From: the human T2T-CHM13v2.0 reference genome, Homo sapiens
Assembly (NCBI RefSeq): GCF_009914755.1
Contig: NC_060926.1
Strand: one strand, 5' to 3'
DNA: 64,000 bases
Shown here: positions 25,560-38,260 of the stretch, piece after piece
Position numbering within the stretch: position 1 is the stretch's first letter
Layout of the letters: every line of letters begins with the position of its first letter
The notes under the pieces: model-generated
The model's input: only the letters and a program-made list of their open reading frames with translations
What the model was told of the DNA's origin: nothing
Databases searched by the model: none
Position numbers and translations under genes: made by a program

Positions 25560-26915
25560 TTAGTGGTGAAATATGACAGTTTCCCACCTAAGATCGGAAG
25601 CAGCAGAGGGCTGCCTGTGCCCACCAGAGCCGTTCACGATGGTGCCAGGAATCCTAGTCGGCTTACTCAGACAAGCAAAAAACACATCACGTTTGGAAAG
25701 AAAAGAGTGAGATTATCATTACTCACAGAGGGCATCATCATCTGTAGAAAATTCTGCATAACATGTAAACCAAAAATAAATTCTAAGCCCCCCAACAATC
25801 TAAACAGACTCCTCCCCTTGGCCAAGGGCATTCCAGAGTTAACCTGAAAAAATAGCTCAGCCCATGATGGGAATGGGGTCGACGAGCCTCGTTATTCCCT
25901 CTCCCATTTGGAATTCAGGAAAAGCTGACTAGCATTAATATCAACACAGATCTCTTAAGTCTGAGAAGAAACATTTACAGTCTATACCTGGAGGCTTCAT
26001 TTGCATGATAAAACCTTGGTCTCTACAATCCCCTATCATAACCCAGACACTCCCTTCTATTGATAATAACCAATTGCCAATCAGAAAATCTTTAAATCTT
26101 AAATGACCTGGAAGTCCCCCACTTAGAGTTGTCCCACCCTTCGAGATGAAACCAACGTACATCTTACACGTGTTTGATTGATACCTCATGTCTCCCTAAA
26201 AGGTAGAAAACCGAGCTGCCCCCGACCACCTGAGGCACATGTTCTCGGCATCTCCTGAGGCTGCGTCACAGGACATTGGCCACTCTCTTTTGGCTCATAA
26301 TAAATCTCTTCAAATACTTTACAGAGTTTGACTCTTTTCATTGACACAAAAAAATGCCTAGAACTAAGAGGGAAGTTACCAAGGCTGAGGATACACAGAA
26401 CAACTGTTTCTATAAACTTGCAATGAACAATTGGGAATTTACATTTAAATATCATTTATAAAGTCATCAAAATATGGAACATTTTGAGAAATATTTGACA
26501 AATATTTTTAAGACTTGTAAAATGAAAACTAGAAAATATTGCTAAGATAAGTTTTAAAAGACCTAAATAAACAGAGAGGAAAACCATGTTCATGGACCAG
26601 ACGACTGGATATTTGGATGGTGTCTCTCTCCTTAAATTAATCTGTTCAAAGCAATCCCAATAAAATCTCAGTAGGTTTTTTTTTTTGTAATTAACATCAA
26701 TTTTCAGCTGCTTCTTAAATTCATAGAAAATAGCCAACAGGCTGAACAAAACTGGAAGGCTTACCTCATCTGATTTCAAGACTTCCTCTAAAGCAATCGC
26801 ATTTGGTACTGTGGTATTGGCCTCAGATAGACACTCAGACCAAAGAGACAAAACAGAGCTCAGAAACAGGCCCATAGGTCCCATAGGTGTAGAGCTGACT
26901 TTTCAGCTGGGATGC
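25560..26915 (+). mobile_element. Old L1M ORF2 (RT region) fragment split by an LTR
   Basis: CCTAAGATCGGAAGC...ATCTGTAGAAAATTC before the LTR; CCTAGAACTAAGA...AAAGACCTAAATAAA...CTGTGGTATTGGC...CAGAAACAG after it. Confidence 0.75.
25764..26346 (+). mobile_element. MER4B-like ERV1 solo LTR
   Basis: Starts TGTAAACCAAAAATAAATTCTAAGCCCCCC; contains AATAAATCTCTTCAAATA; ends CATTGACA. Confidence 0.85.
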
Positions 26916-27755
26916 CAGTGACTCTTGAGAGGAGCATGTGTGTGTTTTGTTTTTGCTCCTGGGATATTTCCTTTATTTCTTCTAAGCCTGGAAATGAAAA
27001 ACACAATCAGGATCTAGTTAATCTATAGCAGGAAGTTTCTTAGAATATCTGGTCTAAAGGCGTAGAAAATCTGCATGGTTACTCATTCCTGAGTGTCTGC
27101 AGGGCTCTGGGCATTCAGCCAGGTGCTTTGCATGCATCTTCTATTGAATCCTCCCAACAACTCTGAGGACATTTCTGCAACCAATCTTTTACAGGAGCCC
27201 AGAGACTTGTGCAGCTCGTTCTCCATCACATCCCAAACCTGTGTCAGAGCAGAGAGTTGGTGTCAGGCCTGCGACCTCTCAGTAGCCCCAGATGGACTCA
27301 TTTCAATGATTAACAAGTTCAAAGAATCCCAGACAGGAGATCAGCTACTAGAATCTCAACAATTAACACCCTCACCTGGGTGCTTCATTTAAATGTTTAT
27401 AGCCTTGCAGTAAAGCTGCACAGGAAGGTGGGGCAAAATCAAGCCTGCCAAACATAATTTTAAAAAGACCCCAGGAGATGTGTTTGAGGCTGACAGATTC
27501 TTCTGTGCACCCAAATTGCCTGTGAGCCCGTGATTTCCCGATCTCCATGGCATGAAGGGAGGCCTGCTCTTCTTAGATGCTTCAACAAGAGACTGGTGAA
27601 GGAAGATTAGGCGTGGAAATGGATCCTGTGTCTCAGTGGCCTTGAATATTTGAGTTGAAAACATAATAAAACAAAAGAAGAGGGCTCCTCTCAGCATCCC
27701 CATCTTCCTTTTCTTACCTGGGATGAAGGGTGTGATGTGCATTAACAAGAAACAG

Positions 27756-27908
27756 GAGGACCCTCCCCAGACACACCGAGGTGGGGGGTGCAGTATGAGG
27801 GTGTCACAAGGACCCTCCCCAGACACACCCAGGTGGGTGGTGCAGTACCAGGGTGCCACGAGGACCCTCCCCAGAGGCACCCAGATGGGGGGTGCAGTAC
27901 CAGGGTGC
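27756..27908. repeat. ~52-bp tandem repeat, 3 copies
   Basis: AGGACCCTCCCCAGACACACC(C/G)AGGTGGG..GTGCAGTAC..GGGTG three times. Confidence 0.9.
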
Positions 27909-27916
27909 ATGGCTCA

Positions 27917-28669
27917 TTTTTTTATTTTTTATTTTTTAGTATTTATTGATCATTCTTGGGTGTTTCTTGGAGAGGGGGATGTGGCAGGGTCATAGGATAA
28001 TAGTGGAGAGAAGGTCAGCAGACAAACAAGTGAACAGAGGTCTCTGGTTTTCCTAGGCAGAGGACCCTGCGGTCTTTCGCAGTGTTTGTGTCCCTGGGTA
28101 CTTGAGATTAGGGAGTGGTGATGACTCTTAACGAGCATGCTGCCTTCAAGCATCTGTTTAACAAAGCACATCTTGCACCGCCCTTAATCCATTTAACTCT
28201 GAGTGGACACAGCACATGTTTCAGAGAGCACCGGGTTGGGGGTAAGGTCATAGATCAACAGCATCCCAAGGCAGAAGAATTTTTCTTAGTACAGAACAAA
28301 ATGGAGTCTCCTATGTCTACTTCTTTCTACACAGACACAACAACAATCTGATCTCTCTTTCTTTTCCCCACATTTCCCCCTTTTGTTTTTGACAAAACTG
28401 CCATCGTCATCATGGCCCGTTCTCGATGGTCGCTGTCTCTTCGGAGCTGTTGGGTACACCTGCAGAAAGGCTGTCACTTCACACTTGGAAGATTGCACAG
28501 CGGCCAGGCAGAGGGGCTCCTCACTTCCCAGACGGGGCGGCCGGGCAGAGGTGCTCCTCACCTCCCAGATGGTGTGGCGGCCCGGCAGAGGCTGCAATCT
28601 CGGCACTTTGGGATGCCAAGGCAGGCGGCTGGGAGGTGGAGGTTGTAGTGACCCGAGATCACTCCACTG
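27917..28669 (-). mobile_element. 5'-truncated SVA (SVA_A-like) with very short VNTR
   Basis: T-tail and TTTATT (AATAAA on minus) at 27942; full SINE-R; env segment GATGGTCGCTGTCTCTTCGGAGCTGTTGGGTACACC; two VNTR units at 28500-28590; partial Alu-like domain. Confidence 0.92.
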
Positions 28670-28674
28670 TGTGT

Positions 28675-28944
28675 GATGGAGTCTCACTCTGTCGCCCAGG
28701 CTGTAGTGCAATGGTGCGATTCTGCAACCTCTGCCTCCTGGGTTCAAGCAATTCTCCTGCCCCAGCCTCCTGAGTAGCTGAGATTACAGGCATGCACCAC
28801 CACACCCAACTAATTTTTATTTTGTAATTTTAGTAGAGACAGGGTTTCACCATGCTCATCTCAAACTCCTGACCTCAGATGATCCACCCACCTTGGCCTC
28901 CCAAAGTGCTGGGATTACACAGGTGTGAGCCACTGCACCTGGCC
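28675..28944 (-). mobile_element. AluS lacking its own poly(A) tail, fused to the SVA
   Basis: GATGGAGTCTCACTCTGTCGCCCAGGCTG...GTGAGCCACTGCACCTGGCC; both arms present. Confidence 0.92.
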
Positions 28945-29161
28945 TCATTTCTTAAATTTTTCAGTTATGATTTTTCTAACACATTCAGCCTCATATGATG
29001 TCCTAAGGCAATGTGCACCAGATAATTTATTGATTGGAAAATGTAGTAAAATGTTTTACTATATTTCAGAATAAGTAGATTCACAATGATAAAGTAAAAA
29101 TATCAGGAATGGTCAATATTTATTTCACTAAACATCTTCTAGGAAATAGTATCTTGCAATT

Positions 29162-29613
29162 TGTAAACCTCGAATGTCTGAGACAGGTCTCAGTCCATTT
29201 AGAAAGTTTATTTTGCCGAGATTGAGGACACGTGCCTGTGACCCAGCATCAGGAGGTCCTGACGACATGTGCACAAGGTGGTCGGGGCACAGCTTGGTTT
29301 TGTACATTTTAGGGAGACAGGAGACATCGATTCATATATGTAAGATGTACATTGGATCCATCCAGAAAGGTGGGGACAACTCGAAGCAGGGAGGGGGCTT
29401 CCAGGTCACAGGAACGTAAGAGACAAATGGTTGTATTCTTTTGAGTTTCTGATGAGCCTTTGCAAAGGAAGCAATCAGATATGCTTTTGTCTCAGTGAGC
29501 AGAAAGATGACATTGTCTAGAGTGGGAGGCAGGTTTGCTCTGAGCAATTCCCAACTTGACTTTTCCCTTTAGCTTAGTGATCTTCCGGCCCCCAAATTTA
29601 TTTTCTGTTCACA
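29162..29613 (-). mobile_element. MER4A1-like ERV1 solo LTR
   Basis: TG...CA termini; perfect 4-bp TSD AATT (29158-29161, 29614-29617); CCCAACTTGACTTTTCCCTTTAGCTTAGTGAT motif. Confidence 0.88.
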
Positions 29614-29625
29614 AATTGATACTAT

Positions 29626-30261
29626 TGTTGACCGAAAAACCCCCCAAACTCTGTAAAATATGTAAAGAAGTTTCTTCTAAGCCAATATGAGTGACCATGG
29701 CCCGGGGAACAGTCTCAAGAGGTCCTGAGAAAGTGTGCCCAGGGAGTTGGGTCACCGCTCGGTTTTATACATTTTAGGGAGACAGACGTTACAGGCAAAG
29801 ACATAGATCAATACGTGGAAGGTGTAAATTGCTTCTGCCTAAAGAGGTGGGACATCTCCAACTTGGGGTGCTTACAGGTCACAGGTGGATTCAAAGATTT
29901 TCTGATTGACAATTGGGTGAAAGAGCTAAACATTTTTTAAAGACTTGAAGTCACTAGAAAGAAAGGCTTGGGTTAAGATAAGGGGGTTGTGGAGACCACG
30001 GTTCTTGTTATGCAGATGAAGCCTCCCAGGTCACTGTCTTCAGAGAGAATAGAAGGTGAATGTCTCTTTTCAGACTTTGAAAGTGTCAGACTCTCATTTA
30101 ATCTCCCTTAGATCCAGGAAAGGCCTAGAAAGGAAGGCCTGGCTGCATTAATGGAGATTCTCTACAGATGCAAATTTCCCCCACAAAAGATGGCTTTGCA
30201 GGGCCGTATCAACATAGGTCAAAAAAATACAGTTTGGAGTAAAATATTTTGCTTTCCTACA
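29626..30261 (-). mobile_element. MER4-group ERV1 solo LTR (LTR49-like)
   Basis: Termini TGTTGACC...TTTCCTACA; GGCCTGGCTGCATTAATGGAGATTCTCTACAGATGCAAATTTCCCC motif; shares GGTTTTATACATTTTAGGGAGACAG with the neighbouring MER4 LTR. Confidence 0.8.
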
Positions 30262-30834
30262 GGGTCTTCAGGAACTGGATATTGTGCCAGCCAGTTTTCT
30301 GTAATTAGTCATCTCAGAACAATTTTTCTCCCTGAGCTGCGGCCCCTCCCAAGGCTCAGCTTGGAGGACACCAACAATGAGCACCTCCTGGGCAGCCCTG
30401 AGGACCCACACATGGAGGCCGCACAGCCCAGCCCCTACCCTGAGGCACACCGTCTACACAAACCCCGGCCTGGACCCAGCCTCATGGCCCACAGGCAGGT
30501 CCTGAGGACACCCACAGCATTGCTGTGAGCCACTTCCTGCACAGTGCGCGGGCAGGATCAGGACATAGCTGCTGGAGCCTCCACCCTGAAAACCCCACTC
30601 TTCCCAGAGCCCAGAGGCCAGGGCAGGTCCCCAGCTGTGCACAGCGCTGTTTAACCCAGGCCCTTGCTCTTTGAGCTCAGCCTCTGGGAGAGTTTAACAC
30701 AGAAAAGGCCCTGCCCTGGCCTCCTAAGATGAAAATCTAGGTGGGGACGGGGGGCACAAGTGTAGTTAAACACCTGTGAGCAAAGCACTGCTGTGGATGG
30801 ATTTGCGGGGAACACATTGACACCCTACCCTTTC

Positions 30835-31295
30835 CACACAGAGAAACACAAACATACTCATGCACACTCACACACATGCACACTCACATGCATGCACACT
30901 CACACGCATATACACATTCACACGCATACGCACAATGTTCACACTCACACGCACAATGTTCACACTCACACGCACAATGTTCACACTCACACATGCACAT
31001 AATCACACATGCATTCACACTCACACGCATACACACACATGCACACACACCCATATTCACCCATACACACACTGACACACATGCTGAAACACACCCACAC
31101 ATGCATACACACAATGCATGCATACTTACAAGTACACACATATACACAGACATTTGCATACATACAGTTGCATGCAGAGAGCTTCACACATGCACACACA
31201 GGCATTCACAAGCTGTCCCACACATGCACATACACTCTCACTGACACTCTCAGACACACATGCATACTCGCGCTCACACTGATGCACACAACACA
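30835..31295. repeat. CA-rich low-complexity tract with an embedded 21-bp triplication
   Basis: Degenerate (CA)n; CACAATGTTCACACTCACACG three times at 30931-30993. Confidence 0.9.
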
Positions 31296-32268
31296 AGCCA
31301 CGCGAGCAGCAGCCAAGAAGCACATGGCGTCAGGTGCGCCCTCCCTCACCTATGACCCAGCCAGGTGGCATCCTGCATTTTAAATACAACGGCTCCCCCC
31401 AGCCCTTCAGGTCTTCTTCTCACCGATCAAGTGTGTGTTCACGCGTGTGTTCCTGACATCCCCTTTGGCATGGGGCTGTGCTTCCAGCCTGCAGAATCTG
31501 CATGTGGCTGGTGAGAGCGATCCCTGGGGACATTGCCAGGAAGCCTCCCACAGCCGGGAAGCAGCGCTGAGGTATAGGAGGGAGCTTCTCTGGGGGCCTG
31601 GAAGGGTTAACTGAGACTGTTAGGCGTGCTCTCAAATGATTACACAAATCACTGTTGTAAATCACAATATCCCTGACTTTGGAATTTTTATCGTGTTTTC
31701 AGGTAAAGATCATCTTGTTCTGCTGAAAGTCAAAAGCAGCCCCTATTGTTGTTTTTTAAATAACTCTCTAATTAAAACCAAACAATTCTGTAGACTCTTC
31801 CATAGGAAATATATTCATGAGGCTGATGCTTATAGAAAGTTTTATCTTGTGAGTTATTAAATAAAAATGCATTCAAATTTCAAGAACTGTTTATTGGGCC
31901 GCAAGCATAGTTAATTTTATCAAATATTGAAGACGTTTTAAAATGGCACATGCTGGGTTCAGGTTGCGGTTCCAATGATCCACCTATGGTACGTGTTTAT
32001 CTACCATAAACACAGATTCTTGCATTTGAAACAGAACACTGAAAGTGAAACTTAGCAGAAAACCAAACGTATCAACGTCCTTTGAGAAAGAATAAGCACA
32101 GGGGTGTGGAGGAGAGCCGGGCCAGCCTCGGACTCAGCCTCCCTGGAGCCCGAGACGTCCACTTCTGTGAGGTCCCGAGGGAAGCGGATGTGGTCCTCTT
32201 CTAGCTAGCCACATTTTCCTTTAAGTAAAAAGGCAACTGACAATCTTTCTCAAGTCATCAAAAACTCA

Positions 32269-32693
<425 letters not shown>

Positions 32694-32719
32694 TTATAAA
32701 TAAAGAGAATGTAAACGTT

Positions 32720-33370
32720 ATGAAGTTGAAACAGTAAGTTGGAGTTTTCTGAAGAGAAAGCTTTTTCAGGGCCCATACCTCTCCTGCCTTTATAGATTTT
32801 CTTTTCCTCAAGCTACCAAAAGATGCCTTTGTCCTTGAGGTCTGGTTACAAGTCAAGGTATTTTACGATATCGATCTTTATCACTTTTTTTCTTGGAACA
32901 GAAGATAAACAGGTACAAATGTTTCATTTTTTTAAAGACGCTTTGTGTTCTCAGCTCTTTGATTTTCTTTATTTCTTCAGTCTTCTTTAAGAGCACCAAC
33001 TGCACCCATGCTATCTTCCGTCATCTCTACAGCTACCATCTTCTCTGAGGTCACTGCAGTCGCATTGCCATTTTTCGTGTCATCCTGTGTGACTTCCTCA
33101 GATCTGTTCCACGCGTCAAGGGCTGTTTCCCGTCAATTTATTCTACTTCTTTGGGCTTCTCTGTCAGCTAACATGTTTACATCTGGAAGGTTTTCCTCTT
33201 GCATTTATTTCCTGAGCCATCATAGCTCATTCTTCCCTCACTCCGCAAACTGCCCCTGGGCCCTTACACCCTTCAGTTCTTTTCCCTAGAAGGGCTTAAC
33301 TGGACTCTTACTTTGGAGCGATTTTGTTGTTTCTTTGGATTTCTTCCTTCTTTGCCCTTTTCAGTTTTGA
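32720..33370 (-). mobile_element. Ancient L1 ORF1 / HAL1-like remnant
   Basis: Minus-strand translation with stops (..NRSEEVTQDDTKN..EMTEDSM..; RKRKSIKAGE) resembles the coiled-coil/RRM region of L1 ORF1p. A-rich on the minus strand. Confidence 0.5.
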
Positions 33371-33674
<304 letters not shown>

Positions 33675-34599
33675 TTGAAACATTTTAAAGACAAAAAAAA
33701 GTACAAATAATTTTATAAAACAGTCATATTCCCACAACCAGAATTAACAAAATATTTTGCCACGTTGGTTTCTAGTCCTTTGGAAAGGACTCTGGCGAGG
33801 TAGAAGGATCCTTACAGCAACACAGTTGCAGCCTCTCCCACCCGGGGCGGCCGGTTTGAGGTATTTGGTTTGTATTTTTATATGACTGTTTTTTAAGTTT
33901 CACATACCCGTATATTTGCATTTATCCGTGACATAAACCTGTCTTTTGAGCATGTTACTGACGTGACGGGCACTGACCTGCATTGACGACTCTGCTCCTT
34001 CCTCTTCTCACAGTGCTGGTTATCCCAAAATCCATCTGGTCTGTTTCATTCTACTAGTTTTTGGCTGTTCACACCTAGGCTTCTATTTATCTAAAGTATC
34101 CTTTTGAGGGTGGAATGAGGCAGGAACCCTCTTCCCCAGATGAAAGCCCAGTCCCTGGGCTGTGTGCTGAGTGCCTTGTTCCCAAACTTAGGAAGCTGTC
34201 TCCATCGGGTCACAGACTCCCACGAGAGTCTGTCTCTGAGCTCTGCACTTTTCTGCCAACCTATTAACGCCACACTGTTTTCATTACCATACCTTTGTAT
34301 ATATTTGCTTTCTCTTCCAATTTGGCTTTTTTTTTCCAAAAAAAAAGTTTTAACTGTTTTTTCTCCTCAAACCTTTTAAACGTTAAGTTATTTTTAAAAA
34401 TGTTAAAAAACAAAAGTAGATGGGATAGGAGAGTGAGCTCCTATGTGTCTGTCCTCAGCATCAAAAAATCACCAAATCAGGCCCAATTTCATTGCCTCTG
34501 CTCCCCCACCAGCCTCTCCTCCTCCCCCAGACTCTTTTAAAACCAATTACAGGCACTACACCATGTCATCTGTGAGCATTTCTGAAGATATTTATTCAC

Positions 34600-35210
34600 A
34601 TATATTCTTCCATATGTGCTCTGGAATCAGTTTGTTAAAGTCCCCATATATTTTGATGAATCTTGATGGAATGTTCATTGAATGCTAAGATGTTGGAGAA
34701 TTTACTGTTATCCAAATACTCCTGTCCGAAACACTAGTGCTTCTCCTCCTCAAATTCTTCCTTCGGGCCTTTCAATAACATGTTTGTAGTTCTCTCCAGG
34801 AAGGTCTTGCACATATTTTTGGATTTTGCTCAACTCTGACTGTCATAGATTTTACTGTGGCCATGAATGGCCCACATTTAGGGTTCTATTCCCCATCTGG
34901 TGACTGCCAGAGTAAATGCTAAGAACTCCCAGTACAGCTCTTGTTCTCTGCACTCTTGCCGAACTCTTGTATTGATGTCTGTAATTTATTCAAAGATTCT
35001 CTCGAATTCTATATGTATAGAATCATAGCATCTGCAAGAAAGTCAATCTTTTGCTGTACTTTTTTATTCTTATAGTTATTCGGGTTTTTTTTGTTTGTTT
35101 GTTTGTTTGTAATTTTGAATTGTATTGCAATGGTTTGGGATTTCAATGTGTTGCTGAATAAGAGCAGTGATAACTGGCAGCATTTTCGTGTTCTTGATAT
35201 TTATGGGCAC
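34600..35210 (-). mobile_element. Old L1ME ORF2 fragment
   Basis: Reverse L1 motifs GAAGGTCTTGCACATATTTT, AGAATCATAGCATCTGCAA, TGCTGAATAAGAGCAGTGATAACTGGCA. Confidence 0.7.
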
Positions 35211-38159
35211 TGTATGCTTTCCATCTGCCTAATGTCTTTTTCCTGCCTAAGTGTTTGATTTTTCCTGGTGTCTCTGCGTAGCCCTGTGTGGTTCCTGGCT
35301 GGTGCCGTTCCTCTGTTTCCTGGTGTCTCTGCGTAGCCCTGTGCGGTTCCTGGCTGGTGTCATTCCTCTGGGGAAGGAGGCAGCTCTGCTGAACCAGCTA
35401 CATCCCTAGGCCCGGCAGGAGGCAGGGCGAGGGAGTGAGCTGTGGAAAGAACACATCGACCGGGGCTTGATCCCCTGAACACCTTCAACACTCTTACCCT
35501 CCTCTTTCACTTCATTCTCCTCTTCTCAGCTTTCCTGGGTCACCAATGGGTGGAGGTGGCCTCTCGCTCCTGTCCACCTCATCACAGGCTGAAACCCTGA
35601 TCATGAACAATGGAAACTGTTTATGGACTCAGGTGCATTCTCGCCTCCCGCATCTCCATTCCTCCTTCCCAGTGCCCCTCAGCTGCGGTGCCCATCTGCA
35701 CCCAACACTGGGGCAGAACCTGGCTTTGGGGCAACAAGTACTCCACAGAGTAGGTCAATGGGGTGGGGCATTCAGGCAGAGTGACACACGGGTTTGCCCC
35801 AAACTTCACCTCTGGTAGGGGGTCTCCTGGGAATCCCACAAAGGTTGGGCCTGGCAGGGATCGGCGGCAGGACTCTGCCCTGGCTGGGCCTGTTTCTGTC
35901 CATCTGCTCTTTCCCTTCCCTGCCCAGCTCGTTGCTGAGTCTGTGGACATGAGATGCGCCAGGGACAGAGAGCTTGGGCGTGGGGGAGCCTGTGACCCTG
36001 GGGTCTTAGGGAGCCTGCTTGGGTCACACCATATCTCCTCTCTGCCCTGCGCCTGGCACTGAGCTGCCTTTCAAGGCTGAAAATGTGGGCTCTGTTTTCC
36101 ATCTGTCTGCATCATTTATGTTGAGACGCTCCCAGTCGTCTGATTTTCCGTGTTATCACCTCAGGACATTTAAACAATTAACGGTTTAGCAGCAGGAAGA
36201 TAACTGCCACATACACAGTCAGTGTCCTGGTTAGAAAACAAGCAATCAGAGAAAATATGTTTTGAAAAGAATTAGTGGGCGGGCTGAGCTTCCTATCTTT
36301 CACCTGGTAGATTAATGATTGTATGTCAACACAGCGACAGGCTAACATTTTCAAATAGAAAGACATGTGATTAAATCTCTCTTTTGATGTGTTCTGCAAA
36401 TTGCTTCTCTAAGCTCTGCTTCCAAAGGGCGGCTCTCCAATTAGAGTCAGATTATTATTACGGGTTAGCGATCACTCCTGCTCCCGTAGCTGACTCATTC
36501 TTTAACATGCTAATTAGCAAATACATCCAGTGCCTTGCATCATATTTGACCTTCAGCGTTCTTTTCTAACTGGAATCATTTCATGCCATTCCGATGAAAT
36601 GGAGACATTGTTCTGAGGTTTCTGACCCCTCCCTCCTAAGGGCCCCGTGATCTGCCACAAAGCCCGGGAAGATCAGCCACACACACACCCCTCTCCGGAT
36701 CATTCTTTTCCAGAGGTCAATGACTTAATAAGTTCACTTTCGTTCAGCAAGTTTACCGTTGCTCCTCTTAAAGTGACAGCTTGTGTGTTCGTGACAATTT
36801 GGTATTGTTACTGAAGTGGACCTCACACTGGGGTCAAGAATTCCTAAATTGCTACCTAATGGTCACTGTGAAGAGAGGATGCTGTACCGACCACAGCTGC
36901 ATCCCACGGGGTCTGGAGAGGACCAGAGGCCTGGGCCCCACCAGGTCACAGAGTTGGTCATGAGTTCCCCTTCTCCTTTCTCTCCTTACTTCATGTAGGT
37001 ATATTCTTTCTAAAAAGATTAAGTGGCATCATATAAAATTGATATACCTGCTTCTCACTCTTTCAGCTGCCAGAGGCTCCAAGGCCCTTGGTCCTGGCTA
37101 GGCCCCTCCATGGTCACAGCAGTGATGGCCTCGTCCTTCCCACATGAGGACCCCAAGGGTAACCCTGGGTAACTCCCACCCAAGGGCCCTGCTTGGAGCC
37201 TGAGTCCACCTGCAGCTGGGTGTCCTTTCCCCCATGCCCAACACACTCAGTCTCTGGGGATCAGGGTTTGTGCATCTCTGGGTGGCTGCTCCACCAGCCC
37301 CAGCAGGGCGCCGTGGGCGTGTGGGTCCTGTGCCAGCATCTGCCTGGCTGTCACCATGGGCATCTGCCTGAAGGCAGCAGTTCCCCGCCTTCCTGCCTGC
37401 TGTGAATCTCGTTTCTGCTCCCTGGTTTCTGCCTGGCTGTCACCATGGGCATCTGCCTGAAGGCAGCAGTTCCCCGCCTTCCCGCCTGCTGTGAATCTCA
37501 TTTCTGCTCCCTGGTTTCTGCCTGGCTCCCACGGAAGAGATCGTCGCATTCTCTGCTTCTCTCCACTGTCTGCCCTGCTCCTGTAAGCACGGCCATTTCT
37601 GTCAAGTGCCTCTCAACCTCAGAGTTCATGCAACACTTGAGGTGAACAAAAAGCCCAGGCCTCTCCATCTGGAGCAGGTTTGCAGATTCTCATAGCCCCC
37701 ATAATTGTCGCTCCAGAGCGGGTTTACAGACTCTCATAGCCCCCATACTTGTCGCTCTCAGCAGCTATCTCAGAACCTGTTATTTATTAGCCAAGTGATG
37801 TGATTGGTCTCTCTTCTCATTAGATCACGACCCCTATGGGGACACGAACCTGTTTATTCCCACACTGAGGCTTCAACCCAGGGCCTACGCTTAGGAAATA
37901 CTTGACATTTGTTGAGTTTGTGAACAGACGAACATGTCCCCCATTAAATGAAGCTGAGTGAAGTGGAGGCTTAGAGGAGATGGTGACAGCAGGAGATGCA
38001 GCCGTGGGAGCAGATTCTCCCTCTCAGTGACATCACCAGTGCAGCAGCTGACCGGCGGCTGACTGTGTGTGGGGGTCAATTGGGCAGCTTCGGTCTGTCC
38101 CTCTGTAGAGATGGCTTATGGTGCAGATGTGCAGCGAGCAGGCCTGGCTCTCCTGCAGG

Positions 38160-38260
38160 CCAGTCCTCACCCACCTGTGCCTCAGTTTCCTCTTTTGTAA
38201 AACAGGGACAAGGCAGTCCTCCTCTCGTAGCAATGTGGGGGTGGCTGAGGGAGCTGTGAG
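38160..38260 (+). mobile_element. MIR fragment
   Basis: MIR core CTGTGCCTCAGTTTCCTCTTTTGTAAAACAGGG. Confidence 0.65.

Larger units (their letters stand above)
23400..30650 (-). ncRNA. FAM87A: Probable FAM87A/FAM87-family lncRNA locus (boundaries approximate)
   Basis: Inferred from recalled synteny (FAM87A lies about 24-31 kb upstream of, and opposite to, FBXO25). Exons cannot be derived from the sequence alone. Confidence 0.4.

Noticed and set aside
30793-31383. His/Thr-rich and Cys/Val-rich ORFs
   Set aside because: Translations of a CA-rich low-complexity tract.
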